From a virus (lineage: Duplodnaviria > Caudoviricetes): DNA of 56,088 nucleotides. Positions 41,007 to 50,212 of the stretch are shown here, in pieces. The stretch's first letter is position 1. The number at the start of each line of letters is the position of its first letter. Under the pieces are notes generated by a model. It ran no database searches, was not told where the DNA came from, and saw only the letters and a list, made by a program, of their open reading frames with translations. The stretch is from positions 1 to 56,088 of IMG/VR virus record IMGVR_UViG_3300025387_000004; one strand, written 5' to 3'. The position numbers were made by a program, and so were the translations under genes.

Positions 41007-41477
41007 TTAAATCGGCCCTCTTTCAATCCAATGCAGGGTCGGGATCACGTTTTGTGTCTCTGCCCTCAAAATTGCCCCTTTCAAGGTGTCTTCGACGAGT
41101 TCTAACTGGTTTTCTTTGCTCAAATGTCTTGCAGCCACGATGCCAAGGGGCTTTTTATCAGGCCACACTTTGCGAGCAATCGGGAAATATAAGTCTTCAA
41201 TTTGCGCTCTTCCCGCCTGCACGTCCGTCAGCTTACACTCAATAACCACAACTCTCTTATTCCCGACAATCAGCAGATCCATCTGGCAATGCCCGGGCCC
41301 GTTCATGTCGGTAAACTCAAACCACTGCCCATGTTCTGCCCGTGGGATCGCCGCTGCAAGGGCTTTTTCATACCTTAAACCTGCAGCCTTCGCTCCTTTT
41401 GGTCGGGACTTTGGCAAATTCGCGGGGCGCAAACACATCGCTGCGTAATGAAGCCCCACGATATGGCGAAAGGTCAC
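41007..41477 (-). CDS. PD-(D/E)XK family nuclease
   Basis: YE...QMDLLIV...VVIECKL. Confidence 0.65.
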   Translation of the reverse strand: MTFRHIVGLHYAAMCLRPANLPKSRPKGAKAAGLRYEKALAAAIPRAEHGQWFEFTDMNGPGHCQMDLLIVGNKRVVVIECKLTDVQAGRAQIEDLYFPIARKVWPDKKPLGIVAARHLSKENQLELVEDTLKGAILRAETQNVIPTLHWIERGPI

Positions 41478-41491
41478 GGGCGAAGCCCCTT

Positions 41492-41716
41492 TTAGAGAGA
41501 AGTCTTGTCTTTGAGCTTGCTTACTGACGCACTTTTCGGTTCCACAACTGGAATAGAACAGATCAATCTGTCAATAGCCCGCATCAACGCAGCTTTTCCT
41601 TCCTCCGTCTGCAATTCCTCATAAGTAAGGATTAGTTGACGGACTACTTCACACCGCTGTGCGTAAGGATCTGCGTAGATGATTTCAGTGTCAGGGATCA
41701 TTTCAACTTCACTCAT
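41492..41716 (-). CDS. Hypothetical protein
   Basis: ATGA overlap; RBS AAGGGGG. Confidence 0.7.
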   Translation of the reverse strand: MSEVEMIPDTEIIYADPYAQRCEVVRQLILTYEELQTEEGKAALMRAIDRLICSIPVVEPKSASVSKLKDKTSL

Positions 41717-42807
41717 TTCCGCCCCCTTCGACCTACGGGTGAAACCTTCTGGTCATAGTCGGCTCGAATAGCATTAAGCATCTTCACGCCGATTTCAACT
41801 GTCGGAGCGCACCACGCACGTCCACGGGAATTATCTGGTTCTCGCGGGTCCACAATCACCAAGGCCGCTGGGTGAATAGGCATTTTCTTCAACCCCAACG
41901 TCCGGGCGTATGTGTCTGCCAACTTATACCCGGAAACCCTGACCAACTGCGCACATATCCCGTCTGGACTTATGGTGCCCTCATCTCCACCAATATGCCT
42001 GTGTCCTGCGACAAGAATGTGATCTCGAAAGCCGGTAATAAGTTCCCTTTTGGGTCCGTGCATGGAGTTCCAGATCGAATGCCCCGGAAAGTCATGGCGA
42101 GCATGGATGCGTGTCACAACTCCGCAAGGCTGTTTGAGAGCCAGCCTGACACCATGATCTTCGTAGAGCGAGCCCACTTGCTTCGTGAACCATGCGACAG
42201 GATCACCCGACCCTGCCCAGAGATCATGATTTCCAGCAATAATAAACAACCAGTTGACGCTCTTGACCATCCATTCAACAAGCGTCCAGCTTTCCCGTGC
42301 CGTCACGCTCTGGTCTGCGTAGAGCCTTGCAAGTCGCCCGACCCAGTTGTTTGCAAGATCCCCGATGTTGCAGGCAAGGATGTGGGGGTGTTGCTGGGCT
42401 AGTTCGATGTGGGATTTCAAAAGGTGGAACGCGCAGCCGGGGTCGTCTATGTGTGGATCACCAAAGATCAGCAGCCCATAGGGCCCCTCAATATTCACAT
42501 TGATGTCTATAAGTTCCCGCGCCTCATCTGCGGCGATCACCCTTTGGCTTTCCACCAAGCGATCTTGAATTAATTCCTCGATCTGTCTCGATCTGTGCGG
42601 GAGCGACGGGGCGCTAAATCGTCTTAAACTTTCCCGGTCTTTCATTTTATTCGTAAGAAAATGCACCCGTCGATGGGCTGTAACTTTATGAATTCCAAGT
42701 GCATCTGCGATTTTATAGAAGTCATAGCTCCCATCTGCCTTTTTGAACTTCCTCATCGCTTCTAGTGTTTTTTGTTGCTCCGCTTCTGAAATTGCTTTTT
42801 GTGCCAC
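41713..42807 (-). CDS. N-terminal HTH plus calcineurin-like metallophosphoesterase
   Basis: IADALGIHKVT (HTH); GDPH, GDL.NN, GNHD, H, GHRH motifs; GTG start after GGAGG. Confidence 0.82.
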   Translation of the reverse strand: MAQKAISEAEQQKTLEAMRKFKKADGSYDFYKIADALGIHKVTAHRRVHFLTNKMKDRESLRRFSAPSLPHRSRQIEELIQDRLVESQRVIAADEARELIDINVNIEGPYGLLIFGDPHIDDPGCAFHLLKSHIELAQQHPHILACNIGDLANNWVGRLARLYADQSVTARESWTLVEWMVKSVNWLFIIAGNHDLWAGSGDPVAWFTKQVGSLYEDHGVRLALKQPCGVVTRIHARHDFPGHSIWNSMHGPKRELITGFRDHILVAGHRHIGGDEGTISPDGICAQLVRVSGYKLADTYARTLGLKKMPIHPAALVIVDPREPDNSRGRAWCAPTVEIGVKMLNAIRADYDQKVSPVGRRGRK

Positions 42808-42840
42808 AATAACCTCCAACCCTTCCGGGCGGTTTGAGCG

Positions 42841-43005
42841 TCACTTCTTTTTCTTCACCTTTTCCGGGAGCTTTTTGGTCTTACCCTTGTCTGCGGCCTC
42901 AAATTCTTTCCCGACAGACTGTGGGATTTTCAATCGCTTGGCAGCTTTCGGGTCATGCGCCACCATCGCCATTAAATTGTGTTCGGCTTTGCTTTTTGAC
43001 GGCAT
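42841..43005 (-). CDS. 54-aa basic protein
   Basis: MPSKSKAEHNLMAMVAHDP...IPQSVGKEF..AD; RBS AAGGA. Confidence 0.7.
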   Translation of the reverse strand: MPSKSKAEHNLMAMVAHDPKAAKRLKIPQSVGKEFEAADKGKTKKLPEKVKKKK

Positions 43006-43080
43006 TGTGACAGTCCTTTCTGCAAGGTCCTGTATTTACACACAAAACCCGTGTCAAGTCAATTTTATATGTAATAACCT

Positions 43081-43440
43081 TCAAATTATCTTACACGGGA
43101 TCTTCATATCTTCATCATGCTCATACACAGCACACAACCGGTGATAGCCATCTGCAATGATTAAAGCATTCGAAGAACGCACCAGAAGGAGGGGCGAGAG
43201 CTTTTTGTCATGTCTGATCTTGTCAAGGGTGTGTTCGACTTGATCGTTTGAAATGCCGAGGGGTGAAAGCCCGGAGGCCCGCAGAATGTCCTTCGCCTTG
43301 AAATGCGAGATCGGAGCAGACCGCAATCGGTCTATCATCACCTTTGCAGCTGCAGGCGTGATCAGCAACGACAAATATTCCGCCCCCGCCGGATAGTTGT
43401 GTTCTTCCGGTTCATCAAACCAATAAATCGCTCTTGTCAT
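43081..43440 (-). CDS. ParB/Srx-like small protein
   Basis: PLLLV....LIIADGYHRL. Confidence 0.6.
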   Translation of the reverse strand: MTRAIYWFDEPEEHNYPAGAEYLSLLITPAAAKVMIDRLRSAPISHFKAKDILRASGLSPLGISNDQVEHTLDKIRHDKKLSPLLLVRSSNALIIADGYHRLCAVYEHDEDMKIPCKII

Positions 43441-43625
43441 TTCTTCTTGCCTTTTGCCGTCCCCTTTGCAGCTCGCATGTTGTCTACAAGGTTCGGGTAA
43501 GGGCGTCCGGCAGCTTTCGCCGCAGCTTTTGCAGACGCCTTTTTAGCTGGTGACAGGGGCTTGGATTTGCCGAGGTCTTTCGGCCGGGGCTTTTCCCAGA
43601 CGGGCTTAGATTTTGATGACATCAC
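43437..43625 (-). CDS. Small basic protein
   Basis: AK..A..AGRPYPNLVDNM; overlapping couplings. Confidence 0.75.
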   Translation of the reverse strand: MMSSKSKPVWEKPRPKDLGKSKPLSPAKKASAKAAAKAAGRPYPNLVDNMRAAKGTAKGKKK

Positions 43626-44050
43626 TCACATTCCTCTGCAAGAAATCGTTCCAGATACGTAGTAGCTTCAGATTTTCCTTCAGCTTCTAATAAATAGACT
43701 TTGGCAAATTCCAGCACTAATGGATCATCTCTAAAATGGCCGAGCCCTCGATTACAATGATTACACAGAATTCCTCTAATTTTGCCCGAATGGTGATCGT
43801 GATCTACCATTTTTTCGGAATTTGATTGAAAGACATATCCGCAAATCACGCAATCTGCAGTAGTTTCAATCAAATGTGCAAGTTGGTCATCATCCATTAC
43901 CGCCCGAAAACGCCCACGACGATTTGCACTGCGATAACTTCCTCGGCAAGCACGACACCAACTGTCAAAGCCATCTTTTGTTCGATTATGCGGCGGAAAA
44001 TCTTCAAGCGTCAACGCTTTCAGTTCTCCACAACGGGTGCAGACTTTCAT
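43622..44050 (-). CDS. T4 endonuclease VII-like endonuclease with N-terminal Zn finger
   Basis: CTRC...CRAC; CVIC...VDHDH.SGKIRGILCNHCN.GLG.F.DD. Confidence 0.85.
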   Translation of the reverse strand: MKVCTRCGELKALTLEDFPPHNRTKDGFDSWCRACRGSYRSANRRGRFRAVMDDDQLAHLIETTADCVICGYVFQSNSEKMVDHDHHSGKIRGILCNHCNRGLGHFRDDPLVLEFAKVYLLEAEGKSEATTYLERFLAEECE

Positions 44051-44304
44051 TTACATTTCCATACCTTTAGGCTTTTATTAAGTCTCGACTCAGGATCTTT
44101 TGCTGCTTCCGGAAACTTTTTAGCCATCCCGCCCATTCTACTGCAAAAGGACTTTTTCCGTCCTGCGTCTTTTTCATTTTTAGGATTTGGGGCGGGCGGT
44201 TTAAGGTTGTGTCCTTCGGCCTTTGCGCTTGCGCGACCTTTCGCATTTAAGCCCCCTTTCGGATTTTTGCCTTCCGCTCTCTGCCATGCTGGTGTCTTCG
44301 CCAT
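44047..44304 (-). CDS. Small basic protein (DUF6321-like)
   Basis: WQR.EGKNP.GGLN.KGR...RKKSFC.RM.G...SL..WKC. Confidence 0.7.
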   Translation of the reverse strand: MAKTPAWQRAEGKNPKGGLNAKGRASAKAEGHNLKPPAPNPKNEKDAGRKKSFCSRMGGMAKKFPEAAKDPESRLNKSLKVWKCK

Positions 44305-44306
44305 GT

Positions 44307-45119
44307 CTACCACCCTTCTCTTTTCGCCTGCGTTTGCGCAAGCCATTCCGCAGCTTCCGCTTCTCGATCTGCAATTTGTTTATCAATCATCGCCCCTTTT
44401 GTCTCCGCTATCTCCAAAGGAGATGGATAGTATGTAGGCTCGCGGGGCGGGTCGATTTCGCCGGCGAGGCCGGGACCTTCGGCCCCCAGCAACGTCTGCC
44501 CATTGTCCTCTCCTCTAACGCCTTCGGCGGGGAGAATATTCACACTTTGCGCATCGATGGTTTGCGGGGTTTCGCCGGTTGGGGAGACAAAGTTGATCTG
44601 GAGTGCTAGGCCCGCGCCGCCGGGACCTGCGACTTGGAGGGCCTGTTGTGGGGTCGGCCCGCCTTTCGCAGTTGCAATGCTGCGGTCGGCCATGGTTGTA
44701 AAGAGATCCATGAGTTCGCGTTTGGTGAACTTGTCCGGGTCAGCCTCAAAGCGTTCGGTCAATTCCTCAAGAACGCTGGTGCCAAGCGCTGCCATGCGTT
44801 GATGAACGTCGATGTAAACCTCGTTCAATTCTTCTGCGTAATAGGACACCAATTCCTGAAAGGCTGGGTCGTTTTTGAGATCAGAAATGCGGGGGGCTGT
44901 GAGGCCTGTTAGGTTCGAGCATTCGATGAGCGACTTCCCCGCCGCGACCGCTTTTGCCAGAAGATGGTGATTGTAGCGGAGCGTTTTGAGCTTCGGCGTA
45001 GCCCCGTCCTTCCGGGCTTCCCATAAAGACGCGATGTCGGTTTCCGCGAGATGCCTTGTGACGTTGTAGAGGATCGGGGCGGGGCGTCGGCCTCTGCCGG
45101 GGGGAACGATGACTTGCAT
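44307..45119 (-). CDS. Possible terminase small subunit (HTH plus helical domain)
   Basis: HTH-like segment followed by DPAFQE; LQINFV; first large gene of the late arm. The ORF is solid, the function is inferred. Confidence 0.5.
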   Translation of the reverse strand: MQVIVPPGRGRRPAPILYNVTRHLAETDIASLWEARKDGATPKLKTLRYNHHLLAKAVAAGKSLIECSNLTGLTAPRISDLKNDPAFQELVSYYAEELNEVYIDVHQRMAALGTSVLEELTERFEADPDKFTKRELMDLFTTMADRSIATAKGGPTPQQALQVAGPGGAGLALQINFVSPTGETPQTIDAQSVNILPAEGVRGEDNGQTLLGAEGPGLAGEIDPPREPTYYPSPLEIAETKGAMIDKQIADREAEAAEWLAQTQAKREGW

Positions 45120-45159
45120 GAACGGGGCTCCAGAGTTGCGTTAGCACCATCTGGGATTG

Positions 45160-45187
45160 AGTATAACATGGGCCTGTTATTATGCAA
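45160..45187 (-). promoter_or_regulatory. Putative sigma70 promoter for 44307-45119
   Basis: TTGCAT-N16-TATACT on the - strand. Confidence 0.5.
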
Positions 45188-45362
45188 AGCGCCCGTCAGG
45201 GCGGGCACTAACGCTCACGCAAGGAGTCCATTAGGTCCATCACCTTTTTCTCGACTCCTATCATTTTGGGTGGGGCTAAGCATTACAACAATCCCTTCAA
45301 AGGCCAGTCCCCGGGGGGTAAATGCTGGGATCGAAAACGCTGAAAAAAGTAGGGGAACTCCC

Positions 45363-45587
45363 CTACTCTTCCTGATATACTGCGGATGACTCGTCACGGA
45401 ACTTGAACCGAAAGATAACTGGTAATCCAAATTGTTCCCCAGTATCATCAAAATCAACCCTAACCGTCCCGTCGAGTGCCGTTGCCAAATCAACTACGTC
45501 AAATTGAACTTGGGCTATCGTCGCGGCATGTAATAACGAGTCGAAACTCGCCGCTAATGTGCGTGAATTCATGATCTTATTCCCCAT
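45363..45587 (-). CDS. Hypothetical protein
   Basis: ORF downstream of the 45650 promoter; start uncertain. Confidence 0.45.
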   Translation of the reverse strand: MGNKIMNSRTLAASFDSLLHAATIAQVQFDVVDLATALDGTVRVDFDDTGEQFGLPVIFRFKFRDESSAVYQEE

Positions 45588-45621
45588 GTCAAACAACAAA
45601 TCACCAACTGGTGACAATAGG

Positions 45622-45650
45622 ATAATGACAGGTTAGGCCCATCATGTCAA
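45622..45650 (-). promoter_or_regulatory. Leftward sigma70 promoter with operator-like half-site in the spacer
   Basis: TTGACA-N17-CATTAT; spacer contains TGGGCCTAAC. Confidence 0.65.
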
Positions 45651-45750
45651 TAGGGTAGGGCAACAATTATCACCAATATTCACCCATCATGCACATGGGT
45701 ATCATTTTTATAGGCCTTGCGCTTTTCTGTCCATAATGGGCCTAACCTAC

Positions 45751-45781
45751 AACCCATTATATATTCAGTATATAATGGGTT
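45751..45781 (-). promoter_or_regulatory. Dyad element copy C: perfect 13-bp inverted arms with 5-nt spacer in the divergent control region
   Basis: AACCCATTATATA-TTCAG-TATATAATGGGTT. Confidence 0.75.
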
Positions 45782-45940
45782 TAACCTTCTATTCTCTATA
45801 TTTTTTTTTCACACTAGGATACATCCAAAGCACCAAGCACAAGGTTAAACCCATTACAACCCCAAAGCACACATAGCGACCAAAAATAATACCCATAAAC
45901 ATCACCCCAAAATAAATGTGACTTTTATTGCCCTACCATA

Positions 45941-45976
45941 TTGACACGCCTTTCCCATATCTATAAGTTAAACCCA
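45941..45976 (+). promoter_or_regulatory. Rightward early promoter overlapped by GTTAAACCCA
   Basis: TTGACA at 45941, -10-like TATAAG/TAAGTT, half-site at 45967-45976. Confidence 0.55.
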
Positions 45977-46056
45977 TCAAATCGATGCGAGTCGTTTTGA
46001 CATGGGCAACCCGCCCAAGCTATTTGACAATCTAATCAACAACATAGGAGTCGAAA

Positions 46057-46614
46057 ATGACTAATCTTAACGCGCGCCTACAATTTCAATCCTTCGCCGT
46101 TAATGCCGATGAATTGCCTCAACAATCCATCGACGCGCTATTGCAATTAGGGTTTTCTACCAAAATCAAAAACGCAATAGCGGGTGTTCGGGCGGGTGTA
46201 TTAGGCACGGGCGCAACGCCTTGGTCGCAAGATGATATACACGACGCGGCAGTTGACGCGGGCCTTTCGACATGGGGGCCGAACGAAGAAACGGCGCAAG
46301 CCATTTGCGACCATTTCCAACGTGAAATGTTCGAAGCAATTCGGACAGGTATCTCAAAATCTTCCCGCGCAACCAAGCCAAGGCAATCGCCCGATGAGGC
46401 AATGCGCGAAGCAATCGGGATTGAGGAATTGGTCAAATGGTCAAAAGAAACTAATCGCGCACTACCAAAACGTAGCACCCCTGAGGGCAAGAAAGCATTT
46501 TTCGAATTGCTTGCTAAAGCCCTCACCAAGCCAAAATTCGCGGCACGAGTAGAACAAGAATTTTCGCGCCGTAATGCAATCAAATCACTCGATCTTGACG
46601 ACTTGATCGACTAA
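46057..46614 (+). CDS. First early gene, hypothetical helical protein
   Basis: RBS TAGGAG; followed by a terminator; ends LDLDDLID. Confidence 0.85.
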   Translation: MTNLNARLQFQSFAVNADELPQQSIDALLQLGFSTKIKNAIAGVRAGVLGTGATPWSQDDIHDAAVDAGLSTWGPNEETAQAICDHFQREMFEAIRTGISKSSRATKPRQSPDEAMREAIGIEELVKWSKETNRALPKRSTPEGKKAFFELLAKALTKPKFAARVEQEFSRRNAIKSLDLDDLID

Positions 46615-46623
46615 CCAACAAGC

Positions 46624-46654
46624 GCCGGGGTTGTTACACCCCGGCCTTTTCTTT
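46624..46654 (+). terminator. Rho-independent terminator
   Basis: GCCGGGGT...ACCCCGGC followed by CTTTTCTTT. Confidence 0.75.
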
Positions 46655-46675
46655 CCCCACAAATGGAGTCACCAA

Positions 46676-46825
46676 ATGACCGTGTTCGAACTTGTAGAAA
46701 TGCTAAAAGAATTCAACCCCGACGCTGAAATCTACATTCAAGGCGAAAACTATCAAGATGAAGGCTTAACATCCCCAAGCCTCGTGGTGAATAAAGTAGC
46801 AGATGAATTCGTCGTGATTTACTAA
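46676..46825 (+). CDS. Small hypothetical protein
   Basis: MTVFELVEMLKEFNPDAEI, a common phage N-terminus; RBS GGAG. Confidence 0.75.
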   Translation: MTVFELVEMLKEFNPDAEIYIQGENYQDEGLTSPSLVVNKVADEFVVIY

Positions 46826-46840
46826 AAACTGGCGGCAATC

Positions 46841-46877
46841 AAATGGCGGCGGCAATCAACTGCCGCCATTTCCTTTT
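46841..46877 (+). terminator. Terminator-like hairpin containing a 12-bp direct repeat
   Basis: AAATGGCGGC...GCCGCCATTT then CCTTTT; GGCGGCAATCAA occurs twice. Confidence 0.6.
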
Positions 46878-46894
46878 CACCCACGGAGCCAAAC

Positions 46895-47074
46895 ATGCAA
46901 CACGCGCAGCAATTGGAAACATTCATAACAACCTATCCCGGCAAGCCAGCCTTTTACGAGGTTATACGGCTGGCTCAGGAACTCGACCAAGCCGTCACAA
47001 TGGTGGCAGATAATGGTGGCTTAATGGTTTTTGACTTCGCAGATAATTCCACGACTTCAGTTGAATACAAATAA
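46895..47074 (+). CDS. 59-aa hypothetical protein
   Basis: RBS GGAG; ORF fills the gap. Confidence 0.6.
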   Translation: MQHAQQLETFITTYPGKPAFYEVIRLAQELDQAVTMVADNGGLMVFDFADNSTTSVEYK

Positions 47075-47140
47075 CATTCACGCCCCCGCCAGAAATGGTT
47101 GGGGGCAATTCCTACTGGCAACCACAAAAGGAGTCCACAA

Positions 47141-47746
47141 ATGGCAATAACTCAAGAGCGCATGATAGCACTCATCACGGCGGCAAGGCAGTGCAAAGAT
47201 TGCGCCCTAACCTACCAGCGTTTCATAACAACCGAGATCAAAAATCTCCCAACAAACCCAGAACTCGCTGACGTAATGGTGACGCTCCGCGCAATCCAGA
47301 CGCTCGCCCTCACCAACTCTATCCCGATGGAGGCTGCGGAAATCCTTGCGAGAGAGGAGGAGCATTTCCGACTCATGGCGGCAAAGAACAAGCGGGCGGC
47401 GGCATATGCAAAGCGCAAGCGAGGCGTTCCCGCCAACAATCTCGCAGATGTCCCCGAACTATCTGGCCTCAAATCCCCCACAGCACCAAAAACACTCGAC
47501 AGATTTAAATACGCCTCCCTACAGGAGATTGTAAAACCTCATCCCTCTCACCCAAATCAACCTCCTGCCACCAACTGGAGCCCAGACGACGATCTCATCC
47601 AGCACAAAATCAAAATCAACGAGGCGCACAAAAAGGCCAACATGCCGGAGCCATACCCCGACGTTTACGACTCCAACACACCTCTCCGCGACGACGACTG
47701 CCGCGCATTAGGCATACCAGTTCTATCTGACGACGAACTATTCTAG
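47141..47746 (+). CDS. Hypothetical protein
   Basis: RBS AAGGAG; ATG 47141. Confidence 0.8.
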   Translation: MAITQERMIALITAARQCKDCALTYQRFITTEIKNLPTNPELADVMVTLRAIQTLALTNSIPMEAAEILAREEEHFRLMAAKNKRAAAYAKRKRGVPANNLADVPELSGLKSPTAPKTLDRFKYASLQEIVKPHPSHPNQPPATNWSPDDDLIQHKIKINEAHKKANMPEPYPDVYDSNTPLRDDDCRALGIPVLSDDELF

Positions 47747-47783
47747 CGCATAAAATAATGGGCCCAGCGTAAGGTTAAACCCC

Positions 47784-47812
47784 TTGACGTTAGGCCCATT
47801 ATATGCCATAAA
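47784..47812 (+). promoter_or_regulatory. Sigma70 promoter overlapped by GTTAGGCCCA
   Basis: TTGACG-N17-CATAAA inside an imperfect inverted repeat (47755-47802). Confidence 0.6.
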
Positions 47813-47865
47813 AAGATAGCGCATAAAAAGCGCACAGCGACCCTTCAGCAGTTGGACTATCGCAG

Positions 47866-48183
47866 ATGGCAACAAACAACTCCTACAACAAACACTTCAG
47901 CAGAATGCGTAAAGGCAAGCAGGAAATCTTCGCCTATTACGAGGCGCAACCTGCCCACGTTCGCGCATGGTTTCAGCAGTTCCCCGCCAACGTCTGGCCC
48001 GACGGCTTCGGCAGCATCGAGCGCCTCATCCCCGACAGCGAAGCTCGCCACCTTGCGGGCCTCGAAGCAGTCTGGGGCCCTGACCATCCAGCAGTTCAAG
48101 ACGCGAGACAAAAAATCCATGTCAAGCGTGGGAAGGTGCAGCGCGTGGCAGACCTTAACGACCTCGACGACTTCGACTTCTAA
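47866..48183 (+). CDS. Hypothetical protein
   Basis: Downstream of promoter; ends DLDDFDF. Confidence 0.75.
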   Translation: MATNNSYNKHFSRMRKGKQEIFAYYEAQPAHVRAWFQQFPANVWPDGFGSIERLIPDSEARHLAGLEAVWGPDHPAVQDARQKIHVKRGKVQRVADLNDLDDFDF

Positions 48184-48195
48184 CAGGAGCCCAAC

Positions 48196-48399
48196 ATGAC
48201 CCTACAAGAACAACTGACCGAAATCTGGAACCGCCGGGGAGTCGAAAACCCCGGCAACATCAACATCTGGGCTCTTGAAGGCGAACGCCTTTCAGTCAAG
48301 CCTGGTGCAAAGCGCCGCCCCGCTTGGGACAAAGCACTGCTCAAACGTGCCAAGCGCGACCTTCCCAACTGGTATGCAAACAAGTCCAAACCCTACTGA
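48196..48399 (+). CDS. Hypothetical protein
   Basis: RBS AGGAG. Confidence 0.75.
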   Translation: MTLQEQLTEIWNRRGVENPGNINIWALEGERLSVKPGAKRRPAWDKALLKRAKRDLPNWYANKSKPY

Positions 48400-48411
48400 C
48401 AGGAGATCCCA

Positions 48412-48630
48412 ATGTTCTGGTTCAAACACAAATCTCAAATCGCAGCACTTCAAGAGGAAGTCTGGACGCTCACCAAAAAGCTCGAAGAGCTTGAGTCCTT
48501 CATCCACTCCGACGCTTTCCATGAGCTGATCGAGAGCCGCTTTGATGAGTCCAAGTTTGATGATCTCGCACAAGAGGCTGTCGAGCGCTGCGTCGAAAAC
48601 GCTGATCTCCACATCTCAGTGAGGTTCTAA
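48412..48630 (+). CDS. Hypothetical protein
   Basis: RBS AGGAG. Confidence 0.75.
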   Translation: MFWFKHKSQIAALQEEVWTLTKKLEELESFIHSDAFHELIESRFDESKFDDLAQEAVERCVENADLHISVRF

Positions 48631-48920
48631 TGGACTCCTTCATCCAACACACAGCCGGAGGTGTGCTATTCTCCGGCCCCGACGCCGTTCGCCTTCAGCA
48701 AGCCATCACTCTCCGCTCTGCCATAAAAATGTATGTGCGGAGCGGCGGGCAGATCATTCCAACTCGCGGGATGGGCATCACCAAAATGCTCGCCCTGACC
48801 ACCAACATCACTGGCAAAAAATACAAACGCACTCAGACTGAGGACGCCATGCGCGACCTCCACATCTGGATTGAAACCATGAAATCAGCCCTGCCAATCT
48901 TCGAGGAGCATCTACAATGA
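48630..48920 (+). CDS. Hypothetical protein
   Basis: TAATG overlap; RBS GAGG. Confidence 0.75.
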   Translation: MDSFIQHTAGGVLFSGPDAVRLQQAITLRSAIKMYVRSGGQIIPTRGMGITKMLALTTNITGKKYKRTQTEDAMRDLHIWIETMKSALPIFEEHLQ

Positions 48921-49189
48921 GCAAATACAACGGCTGGACAAACTACGCCACATGGCGAGTCAACTTAGAGTGCTTTAGCGACGGCGATCTTTCTGACTTC
49001 GGCGGGGAAGCTGCAGCCCTGTCCCCATCCGACCTTGCTGAAGAACTTAAAAGCTATGTGGAGTATCATGTTGAAGAAACCAGCGAAGGCCTTGGACAGT
49101 CTTACGCTTTCGCATTCCTCATGGATGTGAACTGGATTGAAATCGCCCAGCACCTGATCGACGATTACAAAGAGGAGACTGCGGCATGA
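48917..49189 (+). CDS. Conserved phage early protein (YNGWTNYATW motif)
   Basis: YNGWTNYATW.V.L...VNW.EIA; RBS GAGGAG. Confidence 0.8.
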   Translation: MSKYNGWTNYATWRVNLECFSDGDLSDFGGEAAALSPSDLAEELKSYVEYHVEETSEGLGQSYAFAFLMDVNWIEIAQHLIDDYKEETAA

Positions 49190-49362
49190 TCGAGATCGAG
49201 ATCGACCCTCACGCCTTACAGGAGGTTACAAGGCTCATGGGCTTCTACATGGAAGACTGCCACCAACTCGACGCAGCCCTCCTCAAAGAAGCTCTGTCCG
49301 AATTCCAATCTGCGCTCGACGATTATGCCGAGCGTCAATACATCCTACGCACAACATACTAG
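49186..49362 (+). CDS. 58-aa hypothetical protein
   Basis: ATGA overlap; RBS GAGGAG. Confidence 0.65.
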   Translation: MIEIEIDPHALQEVTRLMGFYMEDCHQLDAALLKEALSEFQSALDDYAERQYILRTTY

Positions 49363-49370
49363 GAGCCCCA

Positions 49371-49787
49371 ATGCAAACCTTCTTACCCTACGCAGACTTC
49401 GCAGCATCTGCCCGTTGCCTCGACCGCCAGAGGTTAGGCAAACAACGTGTAGAGACTCTCCAAATACTTAATGCCCTGACAAACCCGCGCTACGGCTGGC
49501 AGTCACACCCCGCCGTCAACATGTGGCGTGGCTGCACACAACTCCTTTGCACCTACGGGATCGAAATGTGCCGTGAGTGGCTCCGTCGTGGCTACGAGGA
49601 CAACACCGGCCCCAAAATCGCAGCCTTCTTCGACTCTTCCGACTCAAACCCCGCCAAACCCTATTGGCTCGGCCTTGAGGCAGTCCACGCCTCACATAGA
49701 AGCAATTTGTTGCGGAAAGACCGCGCCCACTACGCTCAATTCAATTGGACAGAGCGTGATGACCTTCCTTACTTCTGGCCGGTCTAA
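49371..49787 (+). CDS. Pyrimidine-dimer DNA glycosylase (T4 endonuclease V-like, MSMEG_6728 type)
   Basis: MQTFLPY.DF..SA..LD..RLGKQRVE..QI; HPAV.MW; H.SH.SNLLRK. Confidence 0.8.
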   Translation: MQTFLPYADFAASARCLDRQRLGKQRVETLQILNALTNPRYGWQSHPAVNMWRGCTQLLCTYGIEMCREWLRRGYEDNTGPKIAAFFDSSDSNPAKPYWLGLEAVHASHRSNLLRKDRAHYAQFNWTERDDLPYFWPV

Positions 49788-49825
49788 CGACCCCCTGTCA
49801 CCTTCGCACTACATAGGAGCCAAAT

Positions 49826-50209
49826 ATGTCTACTACACACGCCAATATCTCCCTCATGGGCTTTGACTTCGAACTCGAAATTGAAATCCAAGTTCGCTCT
49901 TTCGGCACCGCCCCGTCCGGCCAGTTCAACGGGCCCCCTGAGAACTACGACCCCGGCTCCGAGCCTGACTTCGACATTGTAACTCTCGTCCTGCGACTCG
50001 ACGGCCTCGGCCCAGCCTTCGAAGCAACAGGCGAACTTTTCTACACCCTCTCATCTCTCCGTTCCGTAGACGACGCTATCCTCGACCACATCGTTGAACT
50101 CGAAGAAAACTACTCAGACGAGTGGGACGACATCGCCTACTCCCGCGAAGACTATCGTGAACGCGACGAGATGCGCCAGCGCGCACATGACGCTTGCTGG
50201 GAGGACTAA
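49826..50209 (+). CDS. Acidic hypothetical protein
   Basis: RBS TAGGAG; GPPEN.DP motif. Confidence 0.75.
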   Translation: MSTTHANISLMGFDFELEIEIQVRSFGTAPSGQFNGPPENYDPGSEPDFDIVTLVLRLDGLGPAFEATGELFYTLSSLRSVDDAILDHIVELEENYSDEWDDIAYSREDYRERDEMRQRAHDACWED

Positions 50210-50212
50210 TCC

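Noticed and set aside
45600-46000. Canonical CtrA boxes
   Set aside because: GGTTAA/TTAACC half-sites are present, but I found no TTAA-N7-TTAA pair.
47745-47826. dif-like site (AGCGCATAA, twice)
   Set aside because: Resembles part of a XerC arm but there is no TTATGTTAAA-type XerD arm at the right spacing.
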